Below the pieces are notes generated by a model, which saw only the letters and a program-made list of their open reading frames with translations, was not told where the DNA came from and made no database searches. Source: Spirochaetia bacterium (lineage in GTDB: Bacteria; Spirochaetota; Spirochaetia; CAKZLE01). Taken from it: 64,000 nucleotides of DNA. Below are positions 54,115-64,000 of this stretch, in pieces. The translations under genes were made by a program, and so were the position numbers. Numbering within the stretch: the first letter of the stretch is position 1; every line of letters starts with the position of its first letter. The stretch lies in NCBI GenBank assembly GCA_963677595.1, contig OY782041.1, forward strand, positions 2,432,001 to 2,496,000, read 5' to 3'.

Positions 54115-55224
54115 TTGAGTAAACGAGATTATTATGAGGTGTTGGGAGTCCAGAAAGGGGCTGCCGACGATGAGATCAAGAAGGCCTATCGCAAGCTGGC
54201 GATCAAGTACCACCCGGATAAGAATCCTGGGGACCATAAGGCTGAGGAGGCTTTCAAGGAAGCTACCGAAGCCTATGAGGTCCTGAGCAACCAGCAGAAA
54301 CGTCAGGCATACGACCAGTTCGGGTTCGCCGGTGTCGACGGGATGAACGGGGGACAGCATGACTACTCGTCAGTCTTCCGGGACTTCAGCGACATCTTCG
54401 GCGATTTCGGCGGGATCTTCGACTCCTTCTTCGGCGGCGGGGGCAGGGCCTCTGCCGGCAGGGGGGGGCCGGCCCATGGGGCCAACCTGCGCTATAACCT
54501 GGACATCGACTTCAAGGATGCGGTCTTCGGCACCAAGGCTGAGATCTCGTACTCAAGGAACGTCTCCTGTTCGACCTGCGGTGGTTCAGGGGGCTCAGGG
54601 AAGAAGGTCTGCCCGACCTGCGGCGGTACCGGCCAGGTCAGGAGGAACTCCGGTTTCTTCTCGATCGCCTCTACCTGCCCGAGCTGCAACGGTGAGGGGT
54701 TCGTCATCGAGAACCCCTGTACCCAGTGCCATGGGAAGGGTGTCAACAAGAAGCAGCAGAAGATCAAGGTCACCATCCCCGCCGGGATCGATTCCGGGAA
54801 ACGGATCAGCATCCCCGGGCAGGGTGATGCCGGCCCCAACGGCGGCCCCGCGGGCGACCTCTATGTCTATGTCACCGTCAGGCCGCATAAGTACTTCGAG
54901 CGGGACGGGAATGACCTCTACTGCGTGATCCCGATCTCCCTGACCCAGGCGTCCTTAGGTGCCGAGATCGAAGTGAACACTATCGATGAGAAACGGGTGA
55001 AGATCAAGATACCGGCAGGTGTGCAGAACGGGAAGATCCTGAGGCTGAAGAATCGAGGGGTCCCGTTCCTCCACAACACTGATCGGCGAGGGGATATGTA
55101 CATCAAGCTGCATATCCAGATCCCGAAACGGGTTTCCTCAAAGGCTAAGGCCCTGCTCAGGGAGTTGGCTGATGTGATAGGTGAGGATGGCAAGCCGGAC
55201 CCCGTTCCTTTGTCAGAGTTATAA
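54115..55224 (+). CDS. dnaJ: Chaperone DnaJ
   Basis: HPD J-domain, G/F region, four CxxCxGxG; TTG start. Confidence 0.98.
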   Translation: MSKRDYYEVLGVQKGAADDEIKKAYRKLAIKYHPDKNPGDHKAEEAFKEATEAYEVLSNQQKRQAYDQFGFAGVDGMNGGQHDYSSVFRDFSDIFGDFGGIFDSFFGGGGRASAGRGGPAHGANLRYNLDIDFKDAVFGTKAEISYSRNVSCSTCGGSGGSGKKVCPTCGGTGQVRRNSGFFSIASTCPSCNGEGFVIENPCTQCHGKGVNKKQQKIKVTIPAGIDSGKRISIPGQGDAGPNGGPAGDLYVYVTVRPHKYFERDGNDLYCVIPISLTQASLGAEIEVNTIDEKRVKIKIPAGVQNGKILRLKNRGVPFLHNTDRRGDMYIKLHIQIPKRVSSKAKALLRELADVIGEDGKPDPVPLSEL

Positions 55225-55227
55225 CAT

Positions 55228-55962
55228 ATGTCAGAATTGATCATTGGGTTCCATCCCATCGAAGAGGCCCTGAAGACAGCAGGGCCCTCGTCTGTCCTCT
55301 ATATCGAGCAGGGCGGGGAGAACAAGCGGAACAGCCTGCTCTCCAAGCTCGCCGGTTCCAACCAGGTCTCGGTAAAGCGTGTCCCGCTGGCTGAACTCAC
55401 CCGGATGGTGGGGAAACAGGCTAAGCACAAGGGTGCGATCCTCCTCTACAGCCCGAAACCGGTCGCTGCGAAGAAGCTGGATATCAAGGAGTACCTCGAG
55501 CAGCTCGGTGAGAAGAAGGATGCACTCGTCCTCTTCCTCGACGGGATCACCGATCCCCAGAACCTGGGGGCTATCCTCAGGAGCGCCGACCTCTTCGGGG
55601 TCGACCTGGTAGTCGTCCCGGAACGGAGGAGTGCGAGCCAGAACACCACCGTCATGAAGGTATCGGCAGGGGCTGCACGGTATGTCCCGGTCGTGACCGT
55701 CAAGAACCTGGTCCGTGAGATGCAGCAGATGCAGGAGCAGGGCTTCTGGTTCTATGGTGCCGATATGGGCGGGGAGGATGTCGCCTCTGTCAAGATGACC
55801 GGGCGGGTCGCACTGGTCCTCGGTTCCGAGGGTGACGGGCTCAGCAGGCTCGTCCGTGAGACCTGCGACCGTATCGTGGCGATCCCGATCTCGGGGCACA
55901 TAGACTCCCTGAACGTCTCAGTGGCGGCAGGTATCCTGCTCTACGAGGTCCGCAGGGCATAA
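55228..55962 (+). CDS. rlmB: 23S rRNA Gm2251 methyltransferase RlmB
   Basis: DPQNLGAILRSA, LGSEGDG, SLNVSVA (SPOUT motifs). Confidence 0.9.
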   Translation: MSELIIGFHPIEEALKTAGPSSVLYIEQGGENKRNSLLSKLAGSNQVSVKRVPLAELTRMVGKQAKHKGAILLYSPKPVAAKKLDIKEYLEQLGEKKDALVLFLDGITDPQNLGAILRSADLFGVDLVVVPERRSASQNTTVMKVSAGAARYVPVVTVKNLVREMQQMQEQGFWFYGADMGGEDVASVKMTGRVALVLGSEGDGLSRLVRETCDRIVAIPISGHIDSLNVSVAAGILLYEVRRA

Positions 55963-55980
55963 CAGTCCCGCTCCAGCAAT

Positions 55981-56019
55981 AAAAAAGACGATGGCTCTTA
56001 TAGTCATCGTCTTTTTTTT
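55981..56019. terminator. Bidirectional intrinsic terminator between convergent rlmB and purD-like gene
   Basis: AAAAAAGACGATGGCT..AGTCATCGTCTTTTTTTT. Confidence 0.85.
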
Positions 56020-56032
56020 GGCGTTCGGTTCT

Positions 56033-57298
56033 CTAGTCGCTGAAGAACCTGTTCCCGATGTCAGGCCGGCACCATGCCCCCTCATAGGAAATATCGTCGA
56101 CGGCAGCATAGGCGGCGCTGTTCGCCTCGATGATATTGGTGCCGAGACCGACGACCGTGAAGCATCTTCCGCCGTTGGTGAGCAGCCGGTCATCAGCCTT
56201 CTCCACAGCCCCGTAGAAGACGATGGAACGGTCGATCACCAGGTTGCAGGAAGCCATCGGCGTGATGGACACTTCCTTGCCCACGGCAGGGTCTGCAGGG
56301 TACCCCTCGCTGGCGATGACGACTGCTACCGCTGACTGGTTGGAGACCTTCAGGTTGAATTCCGAGATCTTCCCGATCTGCAGGGCATCGAGCATGTCGA
56401 TGAAATCAGAGTTGATGAGCGGGATCATCGCCTGGGTGGCGGGGTCGTTGAACCGGACATGGTAGTCGACGAGTTTCGGGCCGTTGTCGGTCAGGATGAG
56501 GGAGAAGATCAGGACTCCCTGGTAGGCGAGGTCCTCCTCCTTCATCCCCTTCAGGGTCGGTTCCACGATATGGTCTATGATCTCCTGCCGGCTTCCCTGG
56601 TTGAGGACCGGGACCGGGCAGATGGATCCCATACCCCCGGTAGCCGCACCCTTGCCGAACTCCTCGGCTTTCGTGTACTCCGTACCGATGGGGAGCATGA
56701 GGTAGCTGTCACCGTCGGTGAGGATCGTCAGGGTGAGGGGCATGCCCTTGAGGTGCTCCTCGATGAGGACCTCATCCTGTTTGAGCAGTTCGTTCCCGAA
56801 GGCCTTCAGGTCATCGGGATCCGATGAGTCGAGCATCACCCGGCTCGGGGCGAGTCCGTTCTTCTTGATCACCAGCCGCTTCCCCGGGTTCTGGGCGATA
56901 TAGTCGGCAAGCTCCTGCGGGCTGCCTACCACCGCGTGGTCCGGGATGGGGATGTCATGCCTCGTGATGAAGTCCCTGGCAAATGACCGGTTGCTCTCGA
57001 GCCGTGCAGCCTTCTTGGTAGCCCCGAAGGTCATGATCCCCTCGTAGAGCAGGGCATCGACGACCCCGGTCATGATCGGTTCCTCGGTACCGACGAACAC
57101 GATATCGATCATATGGTCCTTGCAGGCCTTGATCACCGACTGCGGGTCGGACGGGTCTACCTCGGGGAGGTTCCTTCCCAGGGCCGCAGTCCCCGCATTA
57201 CCGGGAGCGATGAAGAGGCCTGATATACGTTTGCTCTTGGAGAATTTCCATGTGATGGCATGGTCCTTTGCGCCTGATCCTAATACTAGAACTTTCAA
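56033..57298 (-). CDS. Phosphoribosylamine--glycine ligase (PurD)-like ATP-grasp protein, highly diverged active site
   Basis: MKVLVLGSG, APGNAG, TGGMG, RF.DP.TQ, GYP, TNGGR; many catalytic motifs substituted. Confidence 0.8.
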   Translation of the reverse strand: MKVLVLGSGAKDHAITWKFSKSKRISGLFIAPGNAGTAALGRNLPEVDPSDPQSVIKACKDHMIDIVFVGTEEPIMTGVVDALLYEGIMTFGATKKAARLESNRSFARDFITRHDIPIPDHAVVGSPQELADYIAQNPGKRLVIKKNGLAPSRVMLDSSDPDDLKAFGNELLKQDEVLIEEHLKGMPLTLTILTDGDSYLMLPIGTEYTKAEEFGKGAATGGMGSICPVPVLNQGSRQEIIDHIVEPTLKGMKEEDLAYQGVLIFSLILTDNGPKLVDYHVRFNDPATQAMIPLINSDFIDMLDALQIGKISEFNLKVSNQSAVAVVIASEGYPADPAVGKEVSITPMASCNLVIDRSIVFYGAVEKADDRLLTNGGRCFTVVGLGTNIIEANSAAYAAVDDISYEGAWCRPDIGNRFFSD

Positions 57299-57386
57299 CT
57301 CAAATGCTCCTCATGGATGATGGGATACAAAGCTCTTGAAGCTGGCATGACTGAAGGGAACCTGCTTTGCAATTCACAAAACACTA

Positions 57387-58385
57387 TCATTCAAGAGGTT
57401 CTTGGTCAAGAGTGAGGATACGGTGGTAATCGGCTCTTGAGGCCGCATGGATGACTTCCGCACGCAGGGACGCAGCCCCCCCCGGCAGCCCCTTCGTATA
57501 GGCGCAGACCTGCTTTCGCATCTCCCTGCAGGCAGCGTCTTCGCCCTTGTCGAGGATCGTCGCCTCAAGCTGTTCGAGGATGCGGCGGTAGCGCAGTTCC
57601 CTCGGGGGAGCAGGGAGCTCCGTCCCAGTGGTCAGCAGTGCCTTCGTTCGTGAGAAGATGAAGGGGTTCCCGATAGCGCCCCGGGCGAACATGAGTCCGT
57701 CCACACCCGTCTCCAGGAGCATGGATCTCGCGGCTTCCGGTGTCATCAGGTCCCCTGAGCCGAAGACGGGGACCGGGACATGCTCCTTGAGCTTCTTTAG
57801 GTGCTCCCAGTCGGCGGTTCCCGCATACCCCTGGGCACGGGTCCGTGCATGCATGGTGATCAGGGAGGCACCCCCTTCGACCGCCATGTCTGCCATCTGC
57901 AGGTAATTGACCGTCCCCGCAGTCATCCCGAGCCGGATCTTCACCGTCACGGGGACCCCGGTCTCTCTCACGAGGACCGAGACGATATCCCGTACCTTCT
58001 CCGGGTACTGGTGCAGTGCCGAGCCGGCACCTGTCTTGATCACCTTCGGGACCGGGCATCCGCAGTTGATATCGATGATCGTCGGCTCATACCGCATCAC
58101 CCCTTCAGCTGCCCGGCGGGCGACCTCTGCCTCGGGCATGAAGAGCTGGATCGCAAAGAGCTTCTCGGAGGGGGATCGTTCCATCAGCCGTCCGGTCTTC
58201 TCGTTGCCCCGTGCCACAGCCTCGGCTGATACCATCTCGCTGTAGGTGAGGTCAGCACCTTCGCGGATGCAGACCTCCCTGAACCCCTTGTCGGTAAAAC
58301 CGGCAAGGGGAGCTAGGAAGAGGTTGCCTCCGATGGTGATGTCCCCGATCGTGACCGGGTGGTAGAGCGTGGTATCTGTTCCCAT
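57387..58385 (-). CDS. dusB: tRNA-dihydrouridine synthase B
   Basis: LAPLAGFTD, DINCGCPVPKV, HARTRAQGY, ARGAIGNP. Confidence 0.92.
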   Translation of the reverse strand: MGTDTTLYHPVTIGDITIGGNLFLAPLAGFTDKGFREVCIREGADLTYSEMVSAEAVARGNEKTGRLMERSPSEKLFAIQLFMPEAEVARRAAEGVMRYEPTIIDINCGCPVPKVIKTGAGSALHQYPEKVRDIVSVLVRETGVPVTVKIRLGMTAGTVNYLQMADMAVEGGASLITMHARTRAQGYAGTADWEHLKKLKEHVPVPVFGSGDLMTPEAARSMLLETGVDGLMFARGAIGNPFIFSRTKALLTTGTELPAPPRELRYRRILEQLEATILDKGEDAACREMRKQVCAYTKGLPGGAASLRAEVIHAASRADYHRILTLDQEPLE

Positions 58386-58401
58386 GGCTCCCTGGGGACG
58401 C

Positions 58402-59181
58402 TTATGCGTCTGCGGGCAGGTTGAAGACGCGGAGACTGTTCTGGTAGAGTGCCTCGGTGACCTCTTCGATCGGCTCGTCCCTGATCTCTGCCACGGCTTC
58501 AGCGACTTCGTTGAGGTAGGCGGGCTTGTTCCTCTTGCCCTTGTACCGTGACGGCACCATGAAGGGGCTCTCGGTCTCGATCAGGATACGGTCCATGGGA
58601 AGCCTGGCGGCGGTCTCATGAAGGTTCTTCGCGTTCCTGTAGGTGATGTTCCCCGCGAAGGAGACGTAGAGGTTCATGTCTATGGCCTTCTTCGCATAGT
58701 TCCAGTCCTCAGAGTAGCAGTGGAGGATCCCTCCCTTGTTGACAGGACGGTCCCGCAGGATGCTCATGATATCCTGCCCGGCTTCCCGGTTATGGATGAT
58801 GATGGGCAGCCCGTAGCTGTTCGCCATGTCGATCTGCCGGAGGAAGAGCTCGATCTGTGACTTCTTGTCACCGAACTTGCGGTAATAGTCCAGGCCGATC
58901 TCGCCGATGGCGACGATGCGGTCGAGGGAGACCCCTTTACGGATCTTCTCCTCCCAGTCCAGCCCGGGGTTCGCTACCTCTGAGGGGGAGACCCCGATAG
59001 CATGGTATACGCTGGCAGCAGTCTTGAGATTCTCGTAGATCTGGAAGAAGTCCCCAAGGCTGTTGCAGATGCTGACGATATGCTTGACGCCAGCCCGCTT
59101 TGCCCGTTGAATAATTAATAACTGTTCTATCTGATCTTCATGGATCAGACCGATGTGTGCGTGAGTATCAAAATACTGCAT
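58402..59181 (-). CDS. TatD-family metal-dependent nuclease
   Basis: DTHAH, IGEIGLDY, IIHNR, ILHCY, LIETESP; start ATG 59181; promoter TTGACG-N17-TATCTT on minus strand at 59263-59235. Confidence 0.92.
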   Translation of the reverse strand: MQYFDTHAHIGLIHEDQIEQLLIIQRAKRAGVKHIVSICNSLGDFFQIYENLKTAASVYHAIGVSPSEVANPGLDWEEKIRKGVSLDRIVAIGEIGLDYYRKFGDKKSQIELFLRQIDMANSYGLPIIIHNREAGQDIMSILRDRPVNKGGILHCYSEDWNYAKKAIDMNLYVSFAGNITYRNAKNLHETAARLPMDRILIETESPFMVPSRYKGKRNKPAYLNEVAEAVAEIRDEPIEEVTEALYQNSLRVFNLPADA

Positions 59182-59520
59182 GTTACCTAACCAATGATAA
59201 TGTAAGATTTGGTGCCTTTCACAGGCATATACATAAGATAGCATTAAGGGGTTGAATCGTCAATTATATTTGACAATAATTTCTCTGCCCTGCTTCCTTC
59301 GGCACCGGCTTGGAATATTCTCGGTAATCTGTTAATATAGAAAAAGATAGGCAATTATACGGGGTGTCGGTCGGTGTGGATTCCTTATAGCTATATAAGG
59401 TGAACACTCTGCTTGCCAATGTGTGGAGTGAAAAAAGAACCTTGACCATCGCATGAATGCATGCTATGAAGAAGTTCATTGTACAAATAGAATTAGAGTG
59501 GATGAGATTTAATATAGATT

Positions 59521-60720
59521 ATGAGTAAACGACGAAACAGAAAAAGACCGGCCTCCTCTCAGGAACCCGCTCAGGAAGCAGCTCCTGAGAAGAGGCAGAA
59601 CAACAACTCCCGCCCGAGGCGGGATTCCCGCCAGAACAGCAGGAAAGACAAGGGCGTGAAGTATGACCATGCCCCGACCTATGTCTACATGGTTAAGAAC
59701 CAGAAGACGAGCGAGACCTACCTGTGCGGCTTTGAGGAGAGACTCGAGGCGGGGACCGCGGTGATCACGCCGACTCGGTACGGCCTCGATATGGGGACGA
59801 ACCTCGGGTACCTGAGGTCGAAGATGCTCTCATCGACAGTCGCCGAACTGGAGGCTGCAGGGGAGGAGTCAACCTTCATCGAGGAAGGCCGCGGCTGCGA
59901 AGGATGCAGCAACTGTGACGGGCAGCCCGAAGGACAGCCGGAAGCGCCTCAGGAAGAAGATGCGATCGAGGAGGAGCGCAAGGCCCTCTTCGAGAAAGCC
60001 CTGGAGCAGGAGAAGGCGGACCGGGACAAGGCCCTCAAGTCGCTCGACCGGATCGAACGCGTTGCCGATGACCATGACCTGATGCGCCACGCGGAGAATA
60101 TGGAGAAATCCCGGCAGGCGATGACGATCTGCAAGGATAAGATCAGGCAGCACAACCTCGACATGAAGCTGGTCGATGCCCACTACCTCCTGTGCGAGTC
60201 GAAAGTACTCTTCTTCTTCACCGCCGAGAACCGTGTCGATTTCAGGGAACTGGTGAAGGACCTGGTCTCCGTGTTCAGGATGCGGATCGAGCTGCGGCAG
60301 ATCGGGGTCAGGGATGAGTCCCGCGTCCTCGGGGGCCTCGGGGTCTGCGGCAGGGACTACTGCTGCCATGGCGTATCGGACCACCTGAGACCGGTATCGA
60401 TCAAGATGGCCAAGGAGCAGAACCTCTCCTTGAACTCGATGAAGATATCGGGGCCGTGCGGACGGCTGCTCTGCTGCCTGGCCTATGAATATGACTTCTA
60501 TAAAGAGGTGAAGTCGAAGCTCCCGTCGGTCGGGAACCGGCTGAAGATACGGAACGAGCTCCTGAAGATCAGCGAGGTGAACATCCTCTCGAGGAACTAT
60601 CACCTGACAGCGATGGATGGCAGGATGCTGACGATCCCCTTCGAAAAAGTCACATATGACAAGGAGAGCGGACGTTGGGACGTCGATAAGGATTATATTG
60701 AAGAAGTTTTGTCTGTATAA
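59521..60720 (+). CDS. PSP1/YaaT domain Fe-S protein (RicT-like)
   Basis: RVDFRELVKDL, IELRQIGVRDE, GVCGRDYCC, SGPCGRLLCCLAYE. Confidence 0.9.
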   Translation: MSKRRNRKRPASSQEPAQEAAPEKRQNNNSRPRRDSRQNSRKDKGVKYDHAPTYVYMVKNQKTSETYLCGFEERLEAGTAVITPTRYGLDMGTNLGYLRSKMLSSTVAELEAAGEESTFIEEGRGCEGCSNCDGQPEGQPEAPQEEDAIEEERKALFEKALEQEKADRDKALKSLDRIERVADDHDLMRHAENMEKSRQAMTICKDKIRQHNLDMKLVDAHYLLCESKVLFFFTAENRVDFRELVKDLVSVFRMRIELRQIGVRDESRVLGGLGVCGRDYCCHGVSDHLRPVSIKMAKEQNLSLNSMKISGPCGRLLCCLAYEYDFYKEVKSKLPSVGNRLKIRNELLKISEVNILSRNYHLTAMDGRMLTIPFEKVTYDKESGRWDVDKDYIEEVLSV

Positions 60721-60858
60721 TGAGATATCTTTATTGACAGGTTTTCAACTCTATGATATTTTTTCTAACCGGTAGACAGAAGGATACTTAGTTTGGGTTT
60801 TATATAAATCCAGCATCATAAAGAATATAAACTAAGAGTACGTATTGGAGGATAATCC

Positions 60859-61122
60859 GTGGCAAATAATAAGTCAGCAGAGAAACGAAATCGACAGAAC
60901 GCTGCACGAAGAGAGCAGAACAGAAGGGCAAAGAGTACCATCAGGACAGCTACGAAGAAATTCAAGCTCGCAGTCGAGCAGAAAGATGCGGAGACCGCAT
61001 CCACCGAGCTTCGACAGGTGGTGAAGCTGATCGATACCTATGCAGGGAAGGGGCTCTACCACAAGGCTACCGCAGCTAGGAAGAAATCACGGCTCGCGGC
61101 ACAGTTGAACGGTCTCGCTTAA
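60859..61122 (+). CDS. rpsT: 30S ribosomal protein S20
   Basis: ANNKSAEKR, AARKKSRL; GTG start after GGAGG. Confidence 0.97.
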   Translation: MANNKSAEKRNRQNAARREQNRRAKSTIRTATKKFKLAVEQKDAETASTELRQVVKLIDTYAGKGLYHKATAARKKSRLAAQLNGLA

Positions 61123-61247
61123 GTACGAGTAGGACAAATCAAGGTCTGTTTATCAGGCTGTATACATCCTGCCTCAGACTCCCCCTCTCAGGCAGGTTGG
61201 TACCCGGCAGAGAATGCCAGATATATAGATGTAGATAAGGAGGGATT

Positions 61248-61550
61248 ATGGCATCCCGAAAACTCACCAAAGCGGAGATCATTGAAAGTGTCCATGAGAA
61301 ACTGGGCTTGAGCAGGTCTGATGTTCATCAGGTTATAGATGAGTTCTTCGTAGAACTGAAAGAAGGACTGGAAGATGACAAGGTCATCGAGCTTCGAGGG
61401 TTCGGAACCTTTGAGATCAGGACCCGGAAGGGCCGGGAACGGGCACGAAACCCGAAGACCGGAGAGATCGTAGCAGTGAACACCCACGGGGTCGCAGTCT
61501 TCAGGCCTGGAAAGGAACTGAAGGACCTGGCCTGGGACCTGCGCAAATAG
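61248..61550 (+). CDS. HU/IHF-family DNA-binding protein (Hbb-like)
   Basis: LTKAEII, IELRGFGTFEIR, ARNPKTGE; follows rpsT as in other spirochaetes. Confidence 0.93.
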   Translation: MASRKLTKAEIIESVHEKLGLSRSDVHQVIDEFFVELKEGLEDDKVIELRGFGTFEIRTRKGRERARNPKTGEIVAVNTHGVAVFRPGKELKDLAWDLRK

Positions 61551-61579
61551 TTCGAAACATCCACTAATTGAGAGTTATC

Positions 61580-63250
61580 ATGACAGCAGCAGCTACCAGG
61601 ACATTGACTCACAAGAGACGAAGCCTCAGGACCTATGGTTCTGAGGTTTTGTTTTTATCAGTCGGGGCCTTATTGTTCGCCCTGGGGTTCCCGAGCTTCA
61701 TCTCGACCGAAGGGTTGGGGATCTTCGGGTTCATCGCACTCATCCCCGTGTTCGCCGTGATACGGAACGCCCCCTGGAAGGTCACCTGGCTCTATGGCTG
61801 GTTCTACGGCCTGACGAGCTACCTGATCTTCAACTACTGGCTCTCCAGCTTCCACCCCCTCGCGATATTCATCTCCCCGCTGGTCTTCAGTTTCTACGGT
61901 ATATTCCTCTTCCCCATCCTGAAACTCGCCGTCAGCCTCTTCCCGACCTACGGGTACCTGCTGCAGACGGCAATCTGGATCGGGTATGAGCTGCTGAGCA
62001 CGAAGGGCTTCTTCGGCTACGCATACGGGATCATGGGGTATACGCAGTACCGCTTCCTCCCCTTCATCCAGGTCTCATCGGTCTTCGGGGTCTGGGGAGT
62101 CAGCCTCATGACCGTCTTCCCGTCGATCCTCGTGGGGAACCTCGTCGGGAACATGCTCAACGGGTCGTTCGTCCTGAGGCGGCAGAACTTCCTTGCTTGG
62201 TTCCGCAGGCACCGGATCTCGATCTATGCTTATATCCTGCTCTTCATCGCCGTGCTGGTGTTCGGCTTCGTCACCATCGCCCGGAACGAGAAGGAGGAAC
62301 CGGACAGGCTCTGGCGGGTCGCCCTGGTCCAGCACAATGCCAACTCCTGGCTCGGGGGATTCACCACCTATGAACGGAACTTCAACAACCTCAGGAGGCT
62401 GAGCCTTGAGGCTATGGCTCACGGGGACCCTGAGATCATCATCTGGTCTGAGACAGCCTTCATCCCGGGGATCTACTGGCACAGTACCTACCAGACCGAT
62501 GAACGCATGTACGGCCTGGTACAGGAGTTCAAGCAGTTCGCCGAGGAACTCTCGATCCCGCTGCTGACCGGCAATGATGACGGACGCATCAAGGATGAGA
62601 CGAAGCCCCTCATAAACGAGGACGGGACCTACAACAGGATCGACTACAACGCGGTCGTCCTCTATGAGGACAACGAACTCGAGACCTCCTACCGGAAGCA
62701 GCACCTGGTGCCGATGACCGAGCACTTCCCCTATGAGAACATCTTCCCGCGGATCTACCAGTTCCTCCGGGACCACGACTACCACTTCTGGGAGAAGGGG
62801 ACCGAACCGACCGTCTTCGACGCCAATGACGGGGTGAAGTTCTCTACCCCGATCTGCTTCGAGGATATCTTCGGCTACCTCTCTGCCGGGTTCGTGAAGG
62901 CGGGAGCCGATGTCATCGTGAACATGACGAACGATTCCTGGTCCGGGTCTGTCGCTGCCGAGATGCAGCACAGCGCGATGGCGGTCTTCCGGGCAGTCGA
63001 GAACCGCAGGTCGGTAGTCCGGGGGACCAACTCCGGGATGACCTGGGTGATCGACCCGACTGGGGAGGTCCTCGATGAGATGGACCCGTTCATCAAGGGC
63101 TACCTCAATACGGAAGTCCCGATCTATACCTATGCCGATACCATCTACACGAAGTATGTCGACTGGTTCGCCAAGCTCATGATCTATATCTCCATCGCCG
63201 GGATCGCTGCCGGGGCCTGGATCTGGCTGAGACGAAGGTATATCAGGTGA
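61580..63250 (+). CDS. lnt: Apolipoprotein N-acyltransferase
   Basis: Multiple N-terminal TMs; WSETA, YRKQHLVP, ICFED, NMTNDSW, RAVENRR. Confidence 0.93.
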   Translation: MTAAATRTLTHKRRSLRTYGSEVLFLSVGALLFALGFPSFISTEGLGIFGFIALIPVFAVIRNAPWKVTWLYGWFYGLTSYLIFNYWLSSFHPLAIFISPLVFSFYGIFLFPILKLAVSLFPTYGYLLQTAIWIGYELLSTKGFFGYAYGIMGYTQYRFLPFIQVSSVFGVWGVSLMTVFPSILVGNLVGNMLNGSFVLRRQNFLAWFRRHRISIYAYILLFIAVLVFGFVTIARNEKEEPDRLWRVALVQHNANSWLGGFTTYERNFNNLRRLSLEAMAHGDPEIIIWSETAFIPGIYWHSTYQTDERMYGLVQEFKQFAEELSIPLLTGNDDGRIKDETKPLINEDGTYNRIDYNAVVLYEDNELETSYRKQHLVPMTEHFPYENIFPRIYQFLRDHDYHFWEKGTEPTVFDANDGVKFSTPICFEDIFGYLSAGFVKAGADVIVNMTNDSWSGSVAAEMQHSAMAVFRAVENRRSVVRGTNSGMTWVIDPTGEVLDEMDPFIKGYLNTEVPIYTYADTIYTKYVDWFAKLMIYISIAGIAAGAWIWLRRRYIR

Positions 63251-64000
63251 ACCGGCGGGCAGCGATCTGCATCATCGGTTCGGAGCTGGTACGGGGTATC
63301 ATCACCGATGCCCATGGCAAGCTGATCGCCTCTGACCTGACCCGGCTCGGGTATGATGTCACGGAGATCCTCATCGTCCCGGATGACGGGTCGATCCGCC
63401 CCCAGCTCGAGCGGCTGGTCCACTCCACGGACCTCATCATCACGACCGGGGGGCTGGGGCCTACCTCTGACGACATCACCAGGGACGTGATCGCTGAGGT
63501 CTTCAAGGTCGCCCTCGTTGTCGATGAGCCGGCGAAAGTACACCTGATCTCCCAGGTCGGGGAGCACCTCAACCGATCGAACATGCGACAGGTCCTGATC
63601 CCCGAGGGGTTCACCGTCCTGCCGAACGACCATGGGACCGCCCCGGGCTTCTGCAGGCCGGGATGTTTCTATGCCCTGCCGGGTCCTCCCCGCGAGATGG
63701 CCCCGATGTGGGCGCAGCAGGTCATGCCAGCCCTCCGTGCCGGGCTCGGCCTGGTGGGGGAGGAACAGCGGCTCGAGGTATCAGCCCTGCTGGTCCCTGA
63801 GTCCCTGCTTGAGGAGGCCTGCTCGAGGGCAGTCTCGGAGATCGCTGCTGAGGGCGGGATCTCGCTTGAGGCGATGCCCCGATGGGGGACCCGTGTCCAG
63901 CTCTACCGGATCAGCCTCTACCTCCAGGGGAGCACCGAGGAGTTGCGCTCTACCGTGCTCGAGCGGCTCAGGAGCCTGATCGGTGCATGCAGGCTCCCTG
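63247..64000 (+). CDS. cinA: CinA/competence-damage-inducible protein (molybdopterin-binding-like N-terminus), 3' truncated
   Basis: Translated by hand from GTG 63247: NRRAAICIIGSELVRG..IVPDD..ITTGGLGPTSDDITR..LPGPPREM; open to window end. Confidence 0.85.
   Translation, partial: MNRRAAICIIGSELVRGIITDAHGKLIASDLTRLGYDVTEILIVPDDGSIRPQLERLVHSTDLIITTGGLGPTSDDITRDVIAEVFKVALVVDEPAKVHLISQVGEHLNRSNMRQVLIPEGFTVLPNDHGTAPGFCRPGCFYALPGPPREMAPMWAQQVMPALRAGLGLVGEEQRLEVSALLVPESLLEEACSRAVSEIAAEGGISLEAMPRWGTRVQLYRISLYLQGSTEELRSTVLERLRSLIGACRLP

Overview
Bacterial chromosome segment, most likely from a free-living spirochaete (Sphaerochaeta/Spirochaeta-like). This assignment rests on the 16S signature GCAGCAGCTAAGAATCTT, an Asn at the RpoB S531-equivalent, the rpsT-hbb and rny-ymdB-tlyA gene orders, and a Cys-less 'LFAGGxxE' solute-binding protein. 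Bases 1-31.3 kb are a translation supercluster: rplA-J-L, rpoBC, rpsL-G, no fusA, tuf, the S10/spc/alpha operons, and an rrn operon (16S, tRNA-Ala(TGC), 23S, 5S). An intact IS1634-like element follows (31-bp imperfect IRs, ATCAT target duplication). Next comes an 8.3-kb accessory catabolic cluster of unknown substrate: a CUT1 ABC transporter, a nitrilase-family amidase, a HisD/HpsN-like dehydrogenase, three tandem paralogous SnoaL/NTF2-like proteins, and a LacI regulator with an atypical hinge and a probably leaderless mRNA. This cluster is the best candidate for an undescribed system. The remainder is housekeeping: rny, ymdB, tlyA, a GerMN protein, ptsI, der, a HAD hydrolase, a membrane coiled-coil protein with (EP)26, grpE-dnaK-dnaJ-rlmB, a strongly diverged PurD-like protein, dusB, tatD, ricT, rpsT, an HU/Hbb protein, lnt and a partial cinA. 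All product calls come from motif recognition by eye, not database searches.
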